Source: Lama guanicoe (lineage: Eukaryota). Taken from it: DNA of 64,000 nucleotides. Below the pieces are notes generated by a model. That model made no database searches, had not been told where the DNA came from, and saw nothing but the letters and a program-made list of their open reading frames with translations. This document shows, one piece after another, positions 52,363-64,000 of this stretch. Numbering within the stretch: position 1 is the first letter of the stretch; each line of letters begins with the position of its first letter. The stretch is from contig MU057356.1 in the NCBI GenBank assembly GCA_013239625.1, positions 25,090,971 through 25,154,970 on the forward strand. The letters are read 5' to 3'. Both the position numbers and the translations under genes were made by a program.

Positions 52363-52775
52363 TGTTACGGGTTCAACTGAGTCACCCCTAAAGAAGATAT
52401 GCTACAGTCTTACCTGCCGGTACAGCAGAATGGGACCGTATGCGGATATGGGGTCTTTACAGAGGTAATCAAGTTAAAAAGTGGTCTTTAGGGTGGGCCC
52501 TATTCCAATATGACTGATGTCCTTATAAAAAGGGGAAATTTTGACACAGAGAAAGAAATGCATAGAGAGAAAACAATGTGAATGACACAAAGTAAAAATG
52601 GTTGCCTGTAAGCCAAAGAGAACAGATTCTTCCCTCACAGCCCTCAGAAGGGACCATCCCCAGCCCAGGACACTTTAAGACTTCCAGCCTTCAGAGCTGT
52701 GAGATAATAAATTTCTGTGGCTTAAGCCACCCAGTTTGCAATACTTTATTATGGCAGTTCCAGAAAACTAACACA
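52363..52775 (+). mobile_element. MLT1B-like MaLR solo LTR inserted in an L2 tail
   Basis: TG start; 'ggtctttacagaggtaatcaagttaaa', 'gaacagattcttccctcacagccctcagaagg'; end 'aaactaacaca'; 5-bp TSD ttgaa/tagaa. Confidence 0.9.
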
Positions 52776-52799
52776 TAGAATGAAAAAATATATGAATGT

Positions 52800-53220
52800 T
52801 TTGAACAAGAGAAGAAGGAAGAGGGTACTACAACAGCACCTGACGCAGGAGGGAGTTTCAAGGAGGAGGATACAATCCTCGGAGCCAAATGCTGCCGATG
52901 GTTCAGTAGCATGAGGTATAATACTGTCCTTTGGATGTGATAGCTGACAATTTTATAGTGCTTTATTTCTTTATGTTCTCAGTGAAATCATTCTCAGTGG
53001 GATGGTGAAGATAGAAACTCAGTTATAGGGGGGAACAGAAGTCCAAGGAAAAGTAAGAAAGTGGGAGAAGGATACAAATCCTTGGCAAGTTTGAAAAATT
53101 ACTGAAAAAGGAAATAAATTGATAGCTTGACAAAGGGGTTTTCTGCAGGATGGAGAACTGGGTCTGTTTGTGGGATGAAAAGAAATGCCAGATCAAGGAA
53201 ATGTTGACAATACAGTAATA
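52800..53220 (-). mobile_element. L2 body fragment
   Basis: 'gtttcaaggaggagga...aaatgctgcc', 'tgtcctttggat', 'ttctcagtgggatggtga'. Confidence 0.55.
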
Positions 53221-53735
53221 CATAGTTCAACTGCCTTTACAGAAACTGTCTCTCTGCTTAGGCATAAATCACAGCCCTAATGACAGATTCCACTTTCCTC
53301 ACTGCAAGGCAGGTGACCAACTTCCTGACACATCTACAGAATTTGTCTATTTCTGTCAGTCCTCAGAATACCCCTGCAACTACCTGTGTCAACAGACAAG
53401 TTAACAGGGGAGAAGGGAGCCTCCTGTAGAGCACACTTTACCCTGCTCCTTGCACTCCCTTCACCTCTACTTCCTCTTGCCCAAGAAGGCGAGTCTAACT
53501 GGATTCCATCCCTTCAGCGTTGGTTCAAAAGTTAATCCCCGCTGAAATGGTGGCTAGCTGGCTGGCAATGGCTAAGGCATGATCATCTCTAATATAAATG
53601 CACACACGAACACACAGGCACGTGAGAATATGAACTTTTGGAATCCAAAGCCTCCTGGCCCCAAAGAATATAATCCTCAGTGATTTCTTGGGAAGATAAA
53701 GAGTTCGGGGCTGGTGATATTTTAGGATGGGATGT

Positions 53736-54111
53736 TGTTTTTGTCAGCTTAGGCTGCTAAAACAAAACACCATAGACTAGGTGGCTTAAATAACAGACTT
53801 TTATGTCTCACAGTTATTAAGGTTGGGATGCCTAAGATCAAGGAGCTAGCAGATTCAGACTTTGGTGCGGGCTTGCTTCCTGGCTTGCAGACAGATGCCT
53901 TCTCCCTGTGTCCTCACATCGANNNNNNNNNNNNNNNNNNNNNNNNNNNNNNNNNNNNNNNNNNNNNNNNNNNNNNNNNNNNNNNNNNNNNNNNNNNNNN
54001 NNNNNNNNNNNNNNNNNNNNNNNNNNNNNNNNNNNNNNNNNNNNNNNNNNNNNNNNAACTAGGAATTTAACATATGAGTTTGGGGGAGACACAAATATTT
54101 ATTCCATAACA
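53736..54111 (-). mobile_element. MLT1A-type LTR (contains an N run)
   Basis: 'ggctgctaaaacaaaacaccatagactaggtggcttaaataacaga'; end 'gggggagacacaaatatttattccataaca'. Confidence 0.88.
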
Positions 54112-54269
54112 GGCACTTGTATAACCTCGTCTAAATAATATTCCACACCTCTTTTGCCTGATGTACAGTCATTCTTTGTATTTACTGGGAACTCACTCTT
54201 TTTCAGAGGTAGTATTCCGACCTGTCTGAGATCTCAAAGACAAGCATGAAAGGAGTTAGTTAGCAGCCA

Positions 54270-54510
54270 ACTTGAGAAGACTTTTGGAGTCAGCAACTCC
54301 TGGGTCAAATTTCTAGTTCCACCACTTATTGATCAAATAAACTGGGAAGAATCACCTAGCACTGCAGAGCCTCAGTGTCCTCACCTGTAAAATTGTATAG
54401 TAATAACACCTACATCTAAGCTCTGTTATTATGTTTACTACATGAGATGATACATGGAAATCATTAGTTCTTGTCTGGCTTGGAATTAAGTCTTCTGTAA
54501 GTGTTAGCAT
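54270..54510 (+). mobile_element. MIR SINE
   Basis: 'ttggagtcag...cctgggtcaaatttctagttccaccactta...gagcctcagtgtcctcacctgtaaaat'. Confidence 0.85.
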
Positions 54511-55319
54511 TCATTTGCCCAACATAAACCCCACTTTTAGAAAATCAACCCATAAGCTAGTTGGCTCCACAGAACTTAAAATTCTGTTAATGAAGAAAAA
54601 TATTTTTTTCCCTACAATTCAAGAAAAACTTCTTAAAATACAAACACACTCCTGGTAAATTTAGCTGAATTCATGGTAGCATGAGTGACTGATGTAGTAT
54701 TTTGAGGAGCACATTTTGATGAGGGAGGAAATACAGGCAGAGCGGGGCCTCTGCAACTATGTGGAATGAAGGTATTGGAAGACAAGACATCAGCTGCAAA
54801 AGGTGAATTCACCTGCTTGCTGATACTACCTGGCCTCTCTGTGAATAAGGCCAACACTGAGAAGAGACTTTAATTTCTGAGCCAAGTGCAGTGGGACACA
54901 GCTCACTCGGCCACAGCTATTGAGGGGACAGAAACAGATAAATGTCCCAGAAACGTTGAATGTCCCAAACTCCATTGACCAGGAAGATCACTCCCCTCAA
55001 AAGGACAATAGTGCCCTTTAACACTCAATCCTTCCTCTTAACACTGGCTCCAACTCAATCTTCTGCAAATCAAGCCACCATGGCAAAGTTTGTTGTAAGG
55101 AGTTTTTAAAAAATCCAGATTCTATGGCATCTACACACACACATATTTACACTTTTCCTGACTTGCAGAGCACACAAGAGACGTCAGATTCATGTTTATA
55201 ATGCAAATCATCTTTTTTCAGTATGAAAAGAAGAAATAATATTGTCTGGGGAATTTACTGATGACGTTCAATGTTAGATTGCATTTGGAGCCAAACTCTC
55301 AAATGAGGTCAAATTTTAA

Positions 55320-55530
55320 ATAGTGCTGCCAAGTAGAAAGCTTGAGTTTTAGAATATGATTCCCAGTTTTATCACTTATCAACTGTATAATGCTGTGTAA
55401 GTTCAATTATTTCAACCAATATTTGTCATCTGCCTAATATTCTACTTGATCTCTCAGAGCCTCAGTATCCCCAGCTGAAAATAGGGGTAATAATTCATAC
55501 TCCTAAGTTTGTTAAGAGTTCAATTATAAA
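55320..55530 (+). mobile_element. MIR SINE fragment
   Basis: 'ctctcagagcctcagtatccccagctgaaaataggggtaataat'. Confidence 0.7.
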
Positions 55531-56259
55531 ACGCATATATGACTGGATAACTTTTTGAGATAGTAACTTTGGTTGTCGACCACCTCATTCTAGGGGTTTG
55601 GTAGCTGCCTGTGTAGTATCACTTAAAAGAAGCCAAGTGAGGGCCTAACCTACCCTAAAATATTTAGTCGTCCCCCAAACAAGAAGCAGACTCTATACAT
55701 GCTGCCTAGGAGGAAATACATAATGTGGCCAAAAAAATTTTTTGTAAAATACTTGCCTTCATGGCTTTTGTTTTTACAATCTTAAGTCCCAGAGTTGAAG
55801 GTAAGAGAAAGAAAGATTTGAGGGGGTGGGACACACAATGAAGGGAAAAAGATTTCCCACAGGCTAGATTCCCTTGGGATTCAGGAAAACTAGAGAGATG
55901 CTAAGGAAGTGAGGAAGGTGGACCTGGACCCACCACACACTAGGGTCATAGCAGAACAAAGCAATACATGGCTGCTTGATGGCCCTATGCAGATGGAACC
56001 CTAAGGCATCTCACAAAAGGTTTCTGAGTCCACGGTGGGTAGAGATTACTGTGTACATGTATTGGCCATGTGTATCAAGCTGCTGGATGCCTTAGCAGCG
56101 GATAAATCAGGGACCAGACAACTTAGTTTCTGACCCCCAACATCCAGGTCTTCTAGGATCTTGTTGTGACCTCAGGTAGAAAACAACAAAAATTACTGAG
56201 TTTAAGCCTGGCAATTTGGAAACTTACAACAGAAAATAAGTTGACTTGTAGATAATAAG

Positions 56260-57090
56260 AAACGGAAAATAACCACAATGAGAAACCAGATTTCACACCC
56301 ACTAGAATGGTTATAATATAAANNNNNNNNNNNNNNNNNNNNNNNNNNNNNNNNNNNNNNNNNNNNNNNNNNNNNNNNNNNNNNNNNNNNNNNNNNNNNN
56401 NNNNNNNNNNNNNNNNNNNNNNNNNNNNNNNNNNNNNNNNNNNNNNNNNNNNNNNNNGGAAATTCCATTTCACCCAAGAGAAATGAAAACAAATGTACAT
56501 GAATGTTCAAAAAGNNNNNNNNNNNNNNNNNNNNNNNNNNNNNNNNNNNNNNNNNNNNNNNNNNNNNNNNNNNNNNNNNNNNNNNNNNNNNNNNNNNNNN
56601 NNNNNNNNNNNNNNNNNNNNNNNNNNNNNNNNNNNNNNNNNNNNNNNNNNNNNNNNNNNNNNNNNNNNNNNNNNNGATGAACATTATGCTAACTGAAAGA
56701 AGCCAGACACAAAAGTTCATACATTGATGTATATGCATGACTGGGACAATGCACTGTACACCAGAGACTGACACACTGTACTTCAATTTAAAAAAATTTG
56801 AAAAACGTTTTTAAAAGTTCATATGTTGTATAATTAATTTATATCAAATGCATAAAATAGGCCAATTTCCAGAGACAGAAATTCGAACAGCAGACTCCAG
56901 GCTCTGGGGAGAAAGAGAAATAGCGGGTGACTATTAATGGGCATGGGATTTCTTCTTGGGGTGATGAAACTCTCTGGAATTAAGCATTGGTAATGGTTGC
57001 ACAACTTTGTGAATATACTAAAAACCACCAAATTGTACACTTTAAAAGGGTGAATTCTGTGGTATGTGAATTGCATCTCAGTGAAAAAAG
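56260..57090 (+). mobile_element. L1MB7/8-like ORF2 end and 3' UTR (two N runs, nested younger L1 tail)
   Basis: 'accacaatgaga...ttcacacccactagaatgg', 'ggttgcacaactttgtgaatatactaaaaaccac...tgtacactttaaaagggtgaat'. Confidence 0.9.
56727..56812 (+). mobile_element. Very short (~85 bp) camelid-type L1 3' tail insertion
   Basis: 'atgtatatgcatgactgggaca...tgtacttcaattt' matches the tail of the 36.6-37.1 kb L1; 16-bp TSD at 56711-56726 and 56813-56828. Confidence 0.85.
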
Positions 57091-58128
57091 AAGTATGTTC
57101 TATTTGCATATTTGAGTTACAGACTCAAATTCACAACTGCCATGTATATAAAGCACTCTGACATAGACCTGGATCATAGTAGGAATTCAACAAGTGTGAG
57201 CTATTATTAAACTAACTCAAGGCAGGATCTGATCATTACAAAACTGTCAACATGGCAATTTTCCACTAGGCACAAACTGTTAGCCCTCTTGAGACAAATT
57301 ACAATTCTCTTGGTTTCTACTCCTTAAAGCTGAAAAATTATATTTCATCTGATGTGGGCTTCTGATCTGAGGAAACAAGGTGCTTTTCCCCACCCCCAGT
57401 GCTTTAAGAGCCAACTCAAACAGCAGTGGTAAGGAAAATTTAATCTAACTCATCCTAACTTTATACATTATCATGACTGACACCCTTTCTGTGCTGATAC
57501 CCGAAGACTGTCCTAGAAAGGAAAATATTTCCACTTCAAAGTTTCCTGATACTATCACATGGGCAGAAGAGTGGGAGGCTTGGAACAGCATTGTGTGATT
57601 TAAAGGACAGATGTTTTAAAGGGACTAAGAGCAAGAGTGGACAAATGAAAGCAATAAACTACGAGTCAGAATAGCATGGCTGACATAGGCAGGTCATGCA
57701 GGGATTAGGGAGAAAAGAAAATGTCCTTGAAAATGCCCTTCCCAGTTCAAAAACAAGCTTCAGTTTTCCTAAATAGAGGGAAAGACTTTAAATAAAAAAT
57801 GTAGCACAACTCTGAGATGAGGTAGGGGTCGTTTTCTTTTGACTGTTAAATGTACAGTCCCCTTATGGCGGGAATAATGTTATTACCCTGGAGGGGGTTC
57901 CATTATGATGCATACTGGCTCGTACTTTAGAGCAAACGTTCTTAAGAATATGACTTATTTCTGAAAAAATAAAAAGGATTTTGTGAAAAATAGAAGTAGT
58001 CAACATTATTATGGGGCACTGACACAGCAATTTGCTTGCAAATGATTTTTAAAACTACTGCTAATAATATACCTTATTGTATATAGTACTCTCAACAAAA
58101 AGCCACCTTGGGTAATCAAATTAATACA

Positions 58129-58163
58129 GGGCGAGGGAAAGGGAAAGGGAAAGGGAATGGGGG
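58129..58163 (+). repeat. (GGGAAA)n-like repeat with a canonical G-quadruplex motif
   Basis: GGGcgaGGGaaaGGGaaaGGGaaaGGGaatGGGGG: six G-tracts with 3-nt loops. Confidence 0.7.
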
Positions 58164-61059
58164 AACCTATAGCATTACCAGCAATGACTACAATTAATCC
58201 AAGTACATAAAATAATCCAGTGAGACCACCAGATAGCCCTGGGCAATGAAACAGTCAATTAGTTATTTAGCATGTTGTGTAGTAGAGCAATGCAGTGGAG
58301 AATAGTGTGACTACGAAAAGAAAGACACAAAGGTTGAAAACTCAACAATGGATGTATGTATATCTGTGCGTTCGGCTAGGGAGTAATATTCTTTTCTTTA
58401 CCTCCGATCAAATCACAGCACAGTCACTCGCAGACCTCATGTTTAGAATGACTACTCAATGTAACACAAAAATCACTTTTGTCTAAGCTACTGCAAATGT
58501 TACCTGAATGAGGAAGTCAAGTTATTGCTATCAAAGAACACAAAAATAACACGGAAAAAATGCTGGCAATAAGTTGCAAAAAAATCATGACACACACACA
58601 GAAATACATCTGTCAGTTTAAATGCTGCCACAGATAAAGGGTGAAGCAATTAGATCCACCGTACACTTCCACTCAGTGGATGCTAGTTCCTACCATTGGG
58701 CTGGAGGCCAGATTTTATTTATCTATGGAATTGATTGAATAGGGCCCCCACCCCTGTTATATGCTTTGAGAAACCAAGAACATAAGGAAGTGTTGCAGAA
58801 CAGAACAGAACACCACAATGAGCCCAATTAGCCCCTTAATCCAGTCCCTCCAGTTTTCCCACCACCACCCAGGTCACTGAAGGAGGATAACCTTCCCTAG
58901 TGAGTCTCCTCAATTCACACAGCACCCTCCATCGAGTGCTGAAGGAGAGAACCCTCTGAGCTAGTAGTATCTATCACACACTATCTGAAACTTACCCTTA
59001 ACCTGATCCTCAGCCTCTCCTGGTTGTCTTTTAAATAGTATATAGATCCATGTTCAGCCCATTCAACCAGGAGTAGAGAACGAGATTAGGCAGTGACAGT
59101 TTTTGACGCCCTATCTCACCACTGCTTGGAGGTGTTGAAAGGGTAGGGGCTAAAGGACTTATTTGGGAACAAGTCTTATTTTAAGAAGGCACTAGACCAT
59201 ATCAAGGAATTCCACCGGGAAAACATAAGGTAGAGCCATTCAAACTCTGCTTGTGACACAGTCTCATAAAAGCTATGTGGCTGATCCATCTATGGTCTTA
59301 AAACCAGACTGACTCACCCATCTATCATGTCTCTGCCAGCTCACAAGGGCCATCCTCAAACTCCTGGCAATAAACAAGCTAATACTCAGGATTATCTCCC
59401 TCAATCCCATATCCCATACTCAATTCTAACTGCTTTTTGTTTAATAGTATTCCCAGCTCTAAATTATTGGCTCCATAATTCCAGTTACCATCCTGCCTTT
59501 ACATCCTCCAGATTTGGCATTTACCTTAGTTGGTGATCTTCCAGAGCCTGCACCATCCAACTCCCAGTGAGCCATGAATACAGTCAACCTCTTTCATCTT
59601 GTCCTGGCTACTTCATCAGTGTTCATCTCAGTCATTGCATATTCCTTCATGAAGTCAGGAAAGATTCAGGAACTACAAAAAAATGGAAGGAAAATTTTCT
59701 AAGAGAAAGTGAACAGTAGTGAAATGAGAGTAAACAGCAACCATGATGGTTGCTGGTTACTGGCTTTGTGAATGGTTACAGGCCATGAGTCCACACACAG
59801 TGCTGAAAGGGGATGATGGACTCAGGATAGGCAAGGAGTTCATGGTAGTGCAGACTCTAGATTCAGAATGACTAAGTGAAAGGGGAAGAAATGAAAGAAC
59901 AGGAATTGCCACCAGAGATAAATGGAGGCAAATATGATTGGCATTTTGCTGGTGAAAGGGCTATGAAGCCAAGGTGATAAAAAGTTCCGTGGAGAAATAA
60001 AAACCTTTAATGCTGATGCCAGAGGGCAAAAGGGAGAGAGGAAGATCAAAAGGCTGATACTGAGGAAGAGAGGAAACACTCCCCATGAACCCAGCACCTA
60101 GCTTCAATAATTATCAACATTTTGTCAATTTAGTAGAGATCTTTAATCCCTAGCCTCAATATGATACGAAGCTTTTGTCAGAGTTAGAGGGAAAATAATA
60201 AAAGAGGAAAACATTCAATAGCCCTAAAGTCAACTATATAATCAAGAACACACTGTTGATAGAGTTCTGTGAGTAACAATGTTATTCTTCTAATTGATAC
60301 AGCTGAGCAGTTATGAGTACACAGTGTGGCAATGTGCAGTGATAGGTCCTTAGTGATCCAGAAAAACTCAGGCTATCATTTTACATCTTTATCTGCTCTT
60401 TCTCTTCTTCAGTGTTTGAGGAAATAGGTAAATGCTATCTGGATGACTAATTCAATTTATTTAATAGTATGTTTGTTTTTGAAGATGGCAGGTTAACTAC
60501 AGTGTGTCATATCAAATAGAAAAGATATGCAAACCAGATTTTATTTTAAGTTCAATATTACTGTGATTTAGAGAGTACAATTGGCAATTCTGAAGCATGA
60601 CAAAAACATTCACCAAGGATTTTAAAAATTATTTCTAAATTCCTCTGTTATTTATTCCATCTGTTCTCCGGGCTGTACATGTATATTTTTAATATGGTTC
60701 TAGTTTTGTCAATTCTTTGATAGTTTTCTCAGGGAAATATTTAATGTGTTCGATCAATATCCATTCTACTGCTAACAACTGGCCTTTTATAGAAAAGTTT
60801 TGACTGCCATTCACTGGAGAAAGGAATCTTCTTTGTACATTCTTTAATATTAAGAGGCAAGAAATCACTATTAAGGAATTTGATCTTTATATTATATAAA
60901 ACTTACTACATTTTTAAATCAAATTTGGAATACATTCCAAGTATCCTTGGAGAATATAACAGAACGTAACAGAATAACAGAATTCCTTTCCCCAATTCAA
61001 GGAAAACTTAATTCTTAACTTTTAATTATATTGACTAATGCTTTTGCTTCCATTCATAA

Positions 61060-61600
61060 CAGGCAAACTGACATCAGACCTCCCTCTCTCCATAAACAAC
61101 TAGGAAACTGAGCAAAACATATGCAGTAATTATATGCAGACATAGAACAACAGATAGCCTCAGACTGTGATCCTTGAAAGAGGGGAAACAAAATGAGGTA
61201 AGCTTTGCAATGTTACTACCTTTCTTCCTAAAGGCACTTTTCAATTGGGTGAGACTTCAATGGGTAACCAAAAGCTGAGTAAAGAACAACTTTAGTTTGA
61301 CAAGTCTCAGAATCTAGATCTGAGAGATATTTGAAATTTGGCCAATTAAAGAGAAGAGACCTGGTTGACCACCCAGGACATTCAGGAGAAATCCCAGGTT
61401 TGTCACTCCTTAGATGTAATCTTAAAGAAGCACTAAAATAAAAGTTTTTCTAGATACACTCTCTGAAAGCTTAGGAACAATCCTCATAATCAGGATTACC
61501 TAGAACCTCACTTGCCTGTCAAACTCTTCAAAGCAAGACAAAAAACACTATACATTAATGAACATAACATTTCCATCATACAAACAAAACTTGATAGGTA
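61060..61600 (+). mobile_element. Old L1 5'-region fragment (L1M4/L1MC-like)
   Basis: 'taaacaactaggaaactgagcaaaacatatg', 'gactgtgatccttgaaagaggggaaacaaaatgaggt'. Confidence 0.55.
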
Positions 61601-61659
61601 AAGAAACAGAAAAATATGATCTTCAGTATTTTCTTAAGATAGTAGTCCTTAAATAGTCC

Positions 61660-62838
61660 TTTTTGTCTAGTTTCACTGAGATATAATTGATATACAGCAT
61701 TGTATAAGTTTAAAGTATAACAGCATAATGATTTGACTAACATATGTCCAGAAATGAGTATCATGATATGTTTAGTGAGTATCCATCATCTCATGTAGAT
61801 ACATCAAAAAAAATATTTTTTCCTTGTGATGAGAACTCATGATTTAATCTCTTAACAACTTTCATACATAACATTCAAGTTTTAATTATATTTATCATGT
61901 TGTACATTACAGCCCTAGTATTTATTTTTATTATAACTGGAACTCTATAACTTTTGACTGCCTTCACCCAGTTCCGCCTCCCCTACCTGAATCCCTAAAC
62001 CACAAATTTAATCTCTTTTTCTGAGTTTGCTTGTTTTTGAAGTATAATTGACCTACAACACTATGTTCCTGTTACACAACATGTGATTTAATATTTCTAT
62101 GTATTTCAAAATGATCACCACAAGTCTATATAAGATCTATCACCATGCAAGGATTACATAGTTATTGACTATATTCCCCACACTGTGCATTTCATACCTA
62201 TGCCTTATTGATTTTGAAACTGGAAGTTTGTACCTTTTATCCTCCCTCACCCATTTCTTTCCACTCCTCACTCCTTCCCCCTATGGCAACCACCTGTTTG
62301 TTTTCTGTATCTATAACTGTTTTTGTTTTGCTATGTTTGTTCATTTGTTGTTTTTTAGATTTCACATGTAATGGAAATCATATAGTATTTGTCTTTCTTA
62401 GTCTGACTTATTTCAGTTAGTATAACTCTACGTCCATCCATNNNNNNNNNNNNNNNNNNNNNNNNNNNNNNNNNNNNNNNNNNNNNNNNNNNNNNNNNNN
62501 NNNNNNNNNNNNNNNNNNNNNNNNNNNNNNNNNNNNNNNNNNNNNNNNNNNNNNNNNNNNNNNNNNNNNNNNNNNNNNNNNNNNNNNNNNNNNNNNNNNN
62601 NNNNNNNNNNNNNNNNNNNNNNNNNNNNNNNNNNNNNNNNNNNNNNNNNNNNNNNTCTTTTCTAATTAGTGTTTTCATTTTCTTCAGATAAATACCTAGG
62701 AGTGGAACTTCTGGATCATATGGTAATTCTGGGTTGTTTTGGGTTTTTTGAAGATTGTCTATACTGTTTTCCATAATGGCTGCACCAATTTATATTCCTA
62801 CCAGCAGTGTACTAGGGTCCCCTGCTCTCCACATCCTC
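61660..62838 (-). mobile_element. Laurasiatherian L1 (L1MA9-like) 3' UTR and ORF2 end; one copy with a duplicated 3' UTR, or two tandem copies
   Basis: 'tgagatataattga...ttgtataagtttaaagt', 'tttccttgtgatgagaact', second block 'gaagtataattgacctacaacact', 'tgttttccataatggctgcaccaattta'; ORF 62355-62774 reads [14 protein letters not shown], the L1 ORF2 C-terminal motif. Confidence 0.88.
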
Positions 62839-64000
62839 NNNNNNNNNNNNNNNNNNNNNNNNNNNNNNNNNNNNNNNNNNNNNNNNNNNNNNNNNNNNNN
62901 NNNNNNNNNNNNNNNNNNNNNNNNNNNNNNNNNNNNNNNNNNNNNNNNNNNNNNNNNNNNNNNNNNNNNNNNNNAAGGGAATCATTTCTGCAACATTAGG
63001 AGAGCGAGGTTTATCAAGGATGTAACAGCCAAGAAAAATAATCACTAGATAACTTGTCTCTATGCCTTCAGTCCACAGTCAGCTTCATTCCAGGCATTAA
63101 AAAAAAATCATATCTGAGGGTAAAGACAAGGCAGATGAATTCTCATGTGCAAACAGGGAGGAGTTATTCAAACTAGAGGAGAAAATTTTGCTTAAAATAC
63201 TGCAATAGATAAGGAAAGGGCTATGACATCTCTGTAGTGTACATCTGTTTGAGTGAAATATATTGTTTTTATATTGACATTTATTTTTATTATTTAATTT
63301 ATTATAATGGCCAGAACTGGATTCTCTTTTCCAGCTATGGCAGGTGAGCTGAAAATGGTCCTATATTCTTCTTAAAAAAAGAAGATACCAGAAAAGGGGG
63401 AAAAGTATAGATCAAAATTTAGAGCAATAAAAATAGAATTAGCACAGGATTATAAACTATTACAAATTATAAGCCACCACCATCCCACAGAAAGGGAACT
63501 GGAATCTATCAGAGAAGTAATACACCTAGGTCTCTGTTTTGTTCACTCGTAGCAAGAAAATATCCTGATGAATCTAAGTAGGTCTGACTTGTGGGCAATA
63601 TGATTACTGTTAGTTACATGGTTACTAAGTTACTAGTATTACTAAAGTTACATGGTCTTCCTTTCCAAAATAAACTCATGGGAATGCTTTATAAAATGCT
63701 TTTTTAAATTATAATCATATCATCAAGCTACAAAGAAAAGAAAATAAAGAAGAAAACAAAGATGATACAGAAAGAGAGGAAAGGATGGAAGGAGGGAGAG
63801 AATGCTTAGAACATTTTTGGCAATAAATTTGAAAACTTGAAATAATTTTATAGAAGAATATACGTTACAATACTGAGATCTAAAAAAAGTTTCTCTTAAA
63901 AATCTATGTTATCTTATAACAATTTTAAAAATTAAATTGGAAATTTCAAACATCTACCCACAAATTAGGCACCAGATCCAGAGAGATCTAAGTTGTTATC

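Noticed and set aside
233-63048. ORF track entries as protein-coding genes
   Set aside because: All are short, many use non-ATG starts, overlap repeats or span N runs. None resembles a host protein I recognise; the only recognisable peptides are L1 ORF2 remnants (e.g. 631-828, 62355-62774).
63325-63350. + strand 9-nt micro-exon (ttccag|CTATGGCAG|gtgagc); a similar 11-nt one lies near 23630
   Set aside because: Isolated motifs with no supporting context, opposite to the inferred host strand, and possibly within old L1 sequence.
63605-63656. gttac(atggt) and other short tandem repeats (also taacagaa at ~60957-60984) as array-like systems
   Set aside because: Simple slippage repeats with no repeat-spacer structure; CRISPR is not applicable to mammalian DNA.

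Overview
Mammalian nuclear DNA, very probably camelid (alpaca, llama or camel). The evidence is a vic-1-type tRNA-derived SINE at ~47.1 kb and young cetartiodactyl/camelid-type L1 3' ends. The window is intronic or intergenic. I cannot support any protein-coding exon: the ORF track is chance ORFs, repeat read-through and N-run artefacts. Much of it is transposon relics (L1, L2, MIR, MLT1/LTR33/LTR16/MER31-like LTRs, Tigger2, MER20), with seven short N runs inside repeats. Most L1/LTR copies are on the + strand and that strand looks A-rich, which weakly suggests a large host gene or lncRNA on the - strand. I found no convincing new multi-gene system. The best leads are: (i) a probable LF-SINE relic at ~42.45-42.69 kb, an ancient family often exapted, carrying a strong antisense splice acceptor; (ii) a recursive-splice-site-like / micro-exon motif at 31.5 kb; (iii) a perfect 19-bp hairpin inside the SINE, apparently made by template switching; (iv) an RFX X-box and GC-box next to a CpG-rich degenerate hairpin at 20.8-21.1 kb; (v) an old local duplication of an L2 segment. 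All repeat family names come from my recall of consensus sequences, not from a search, and boundaries are approximate.
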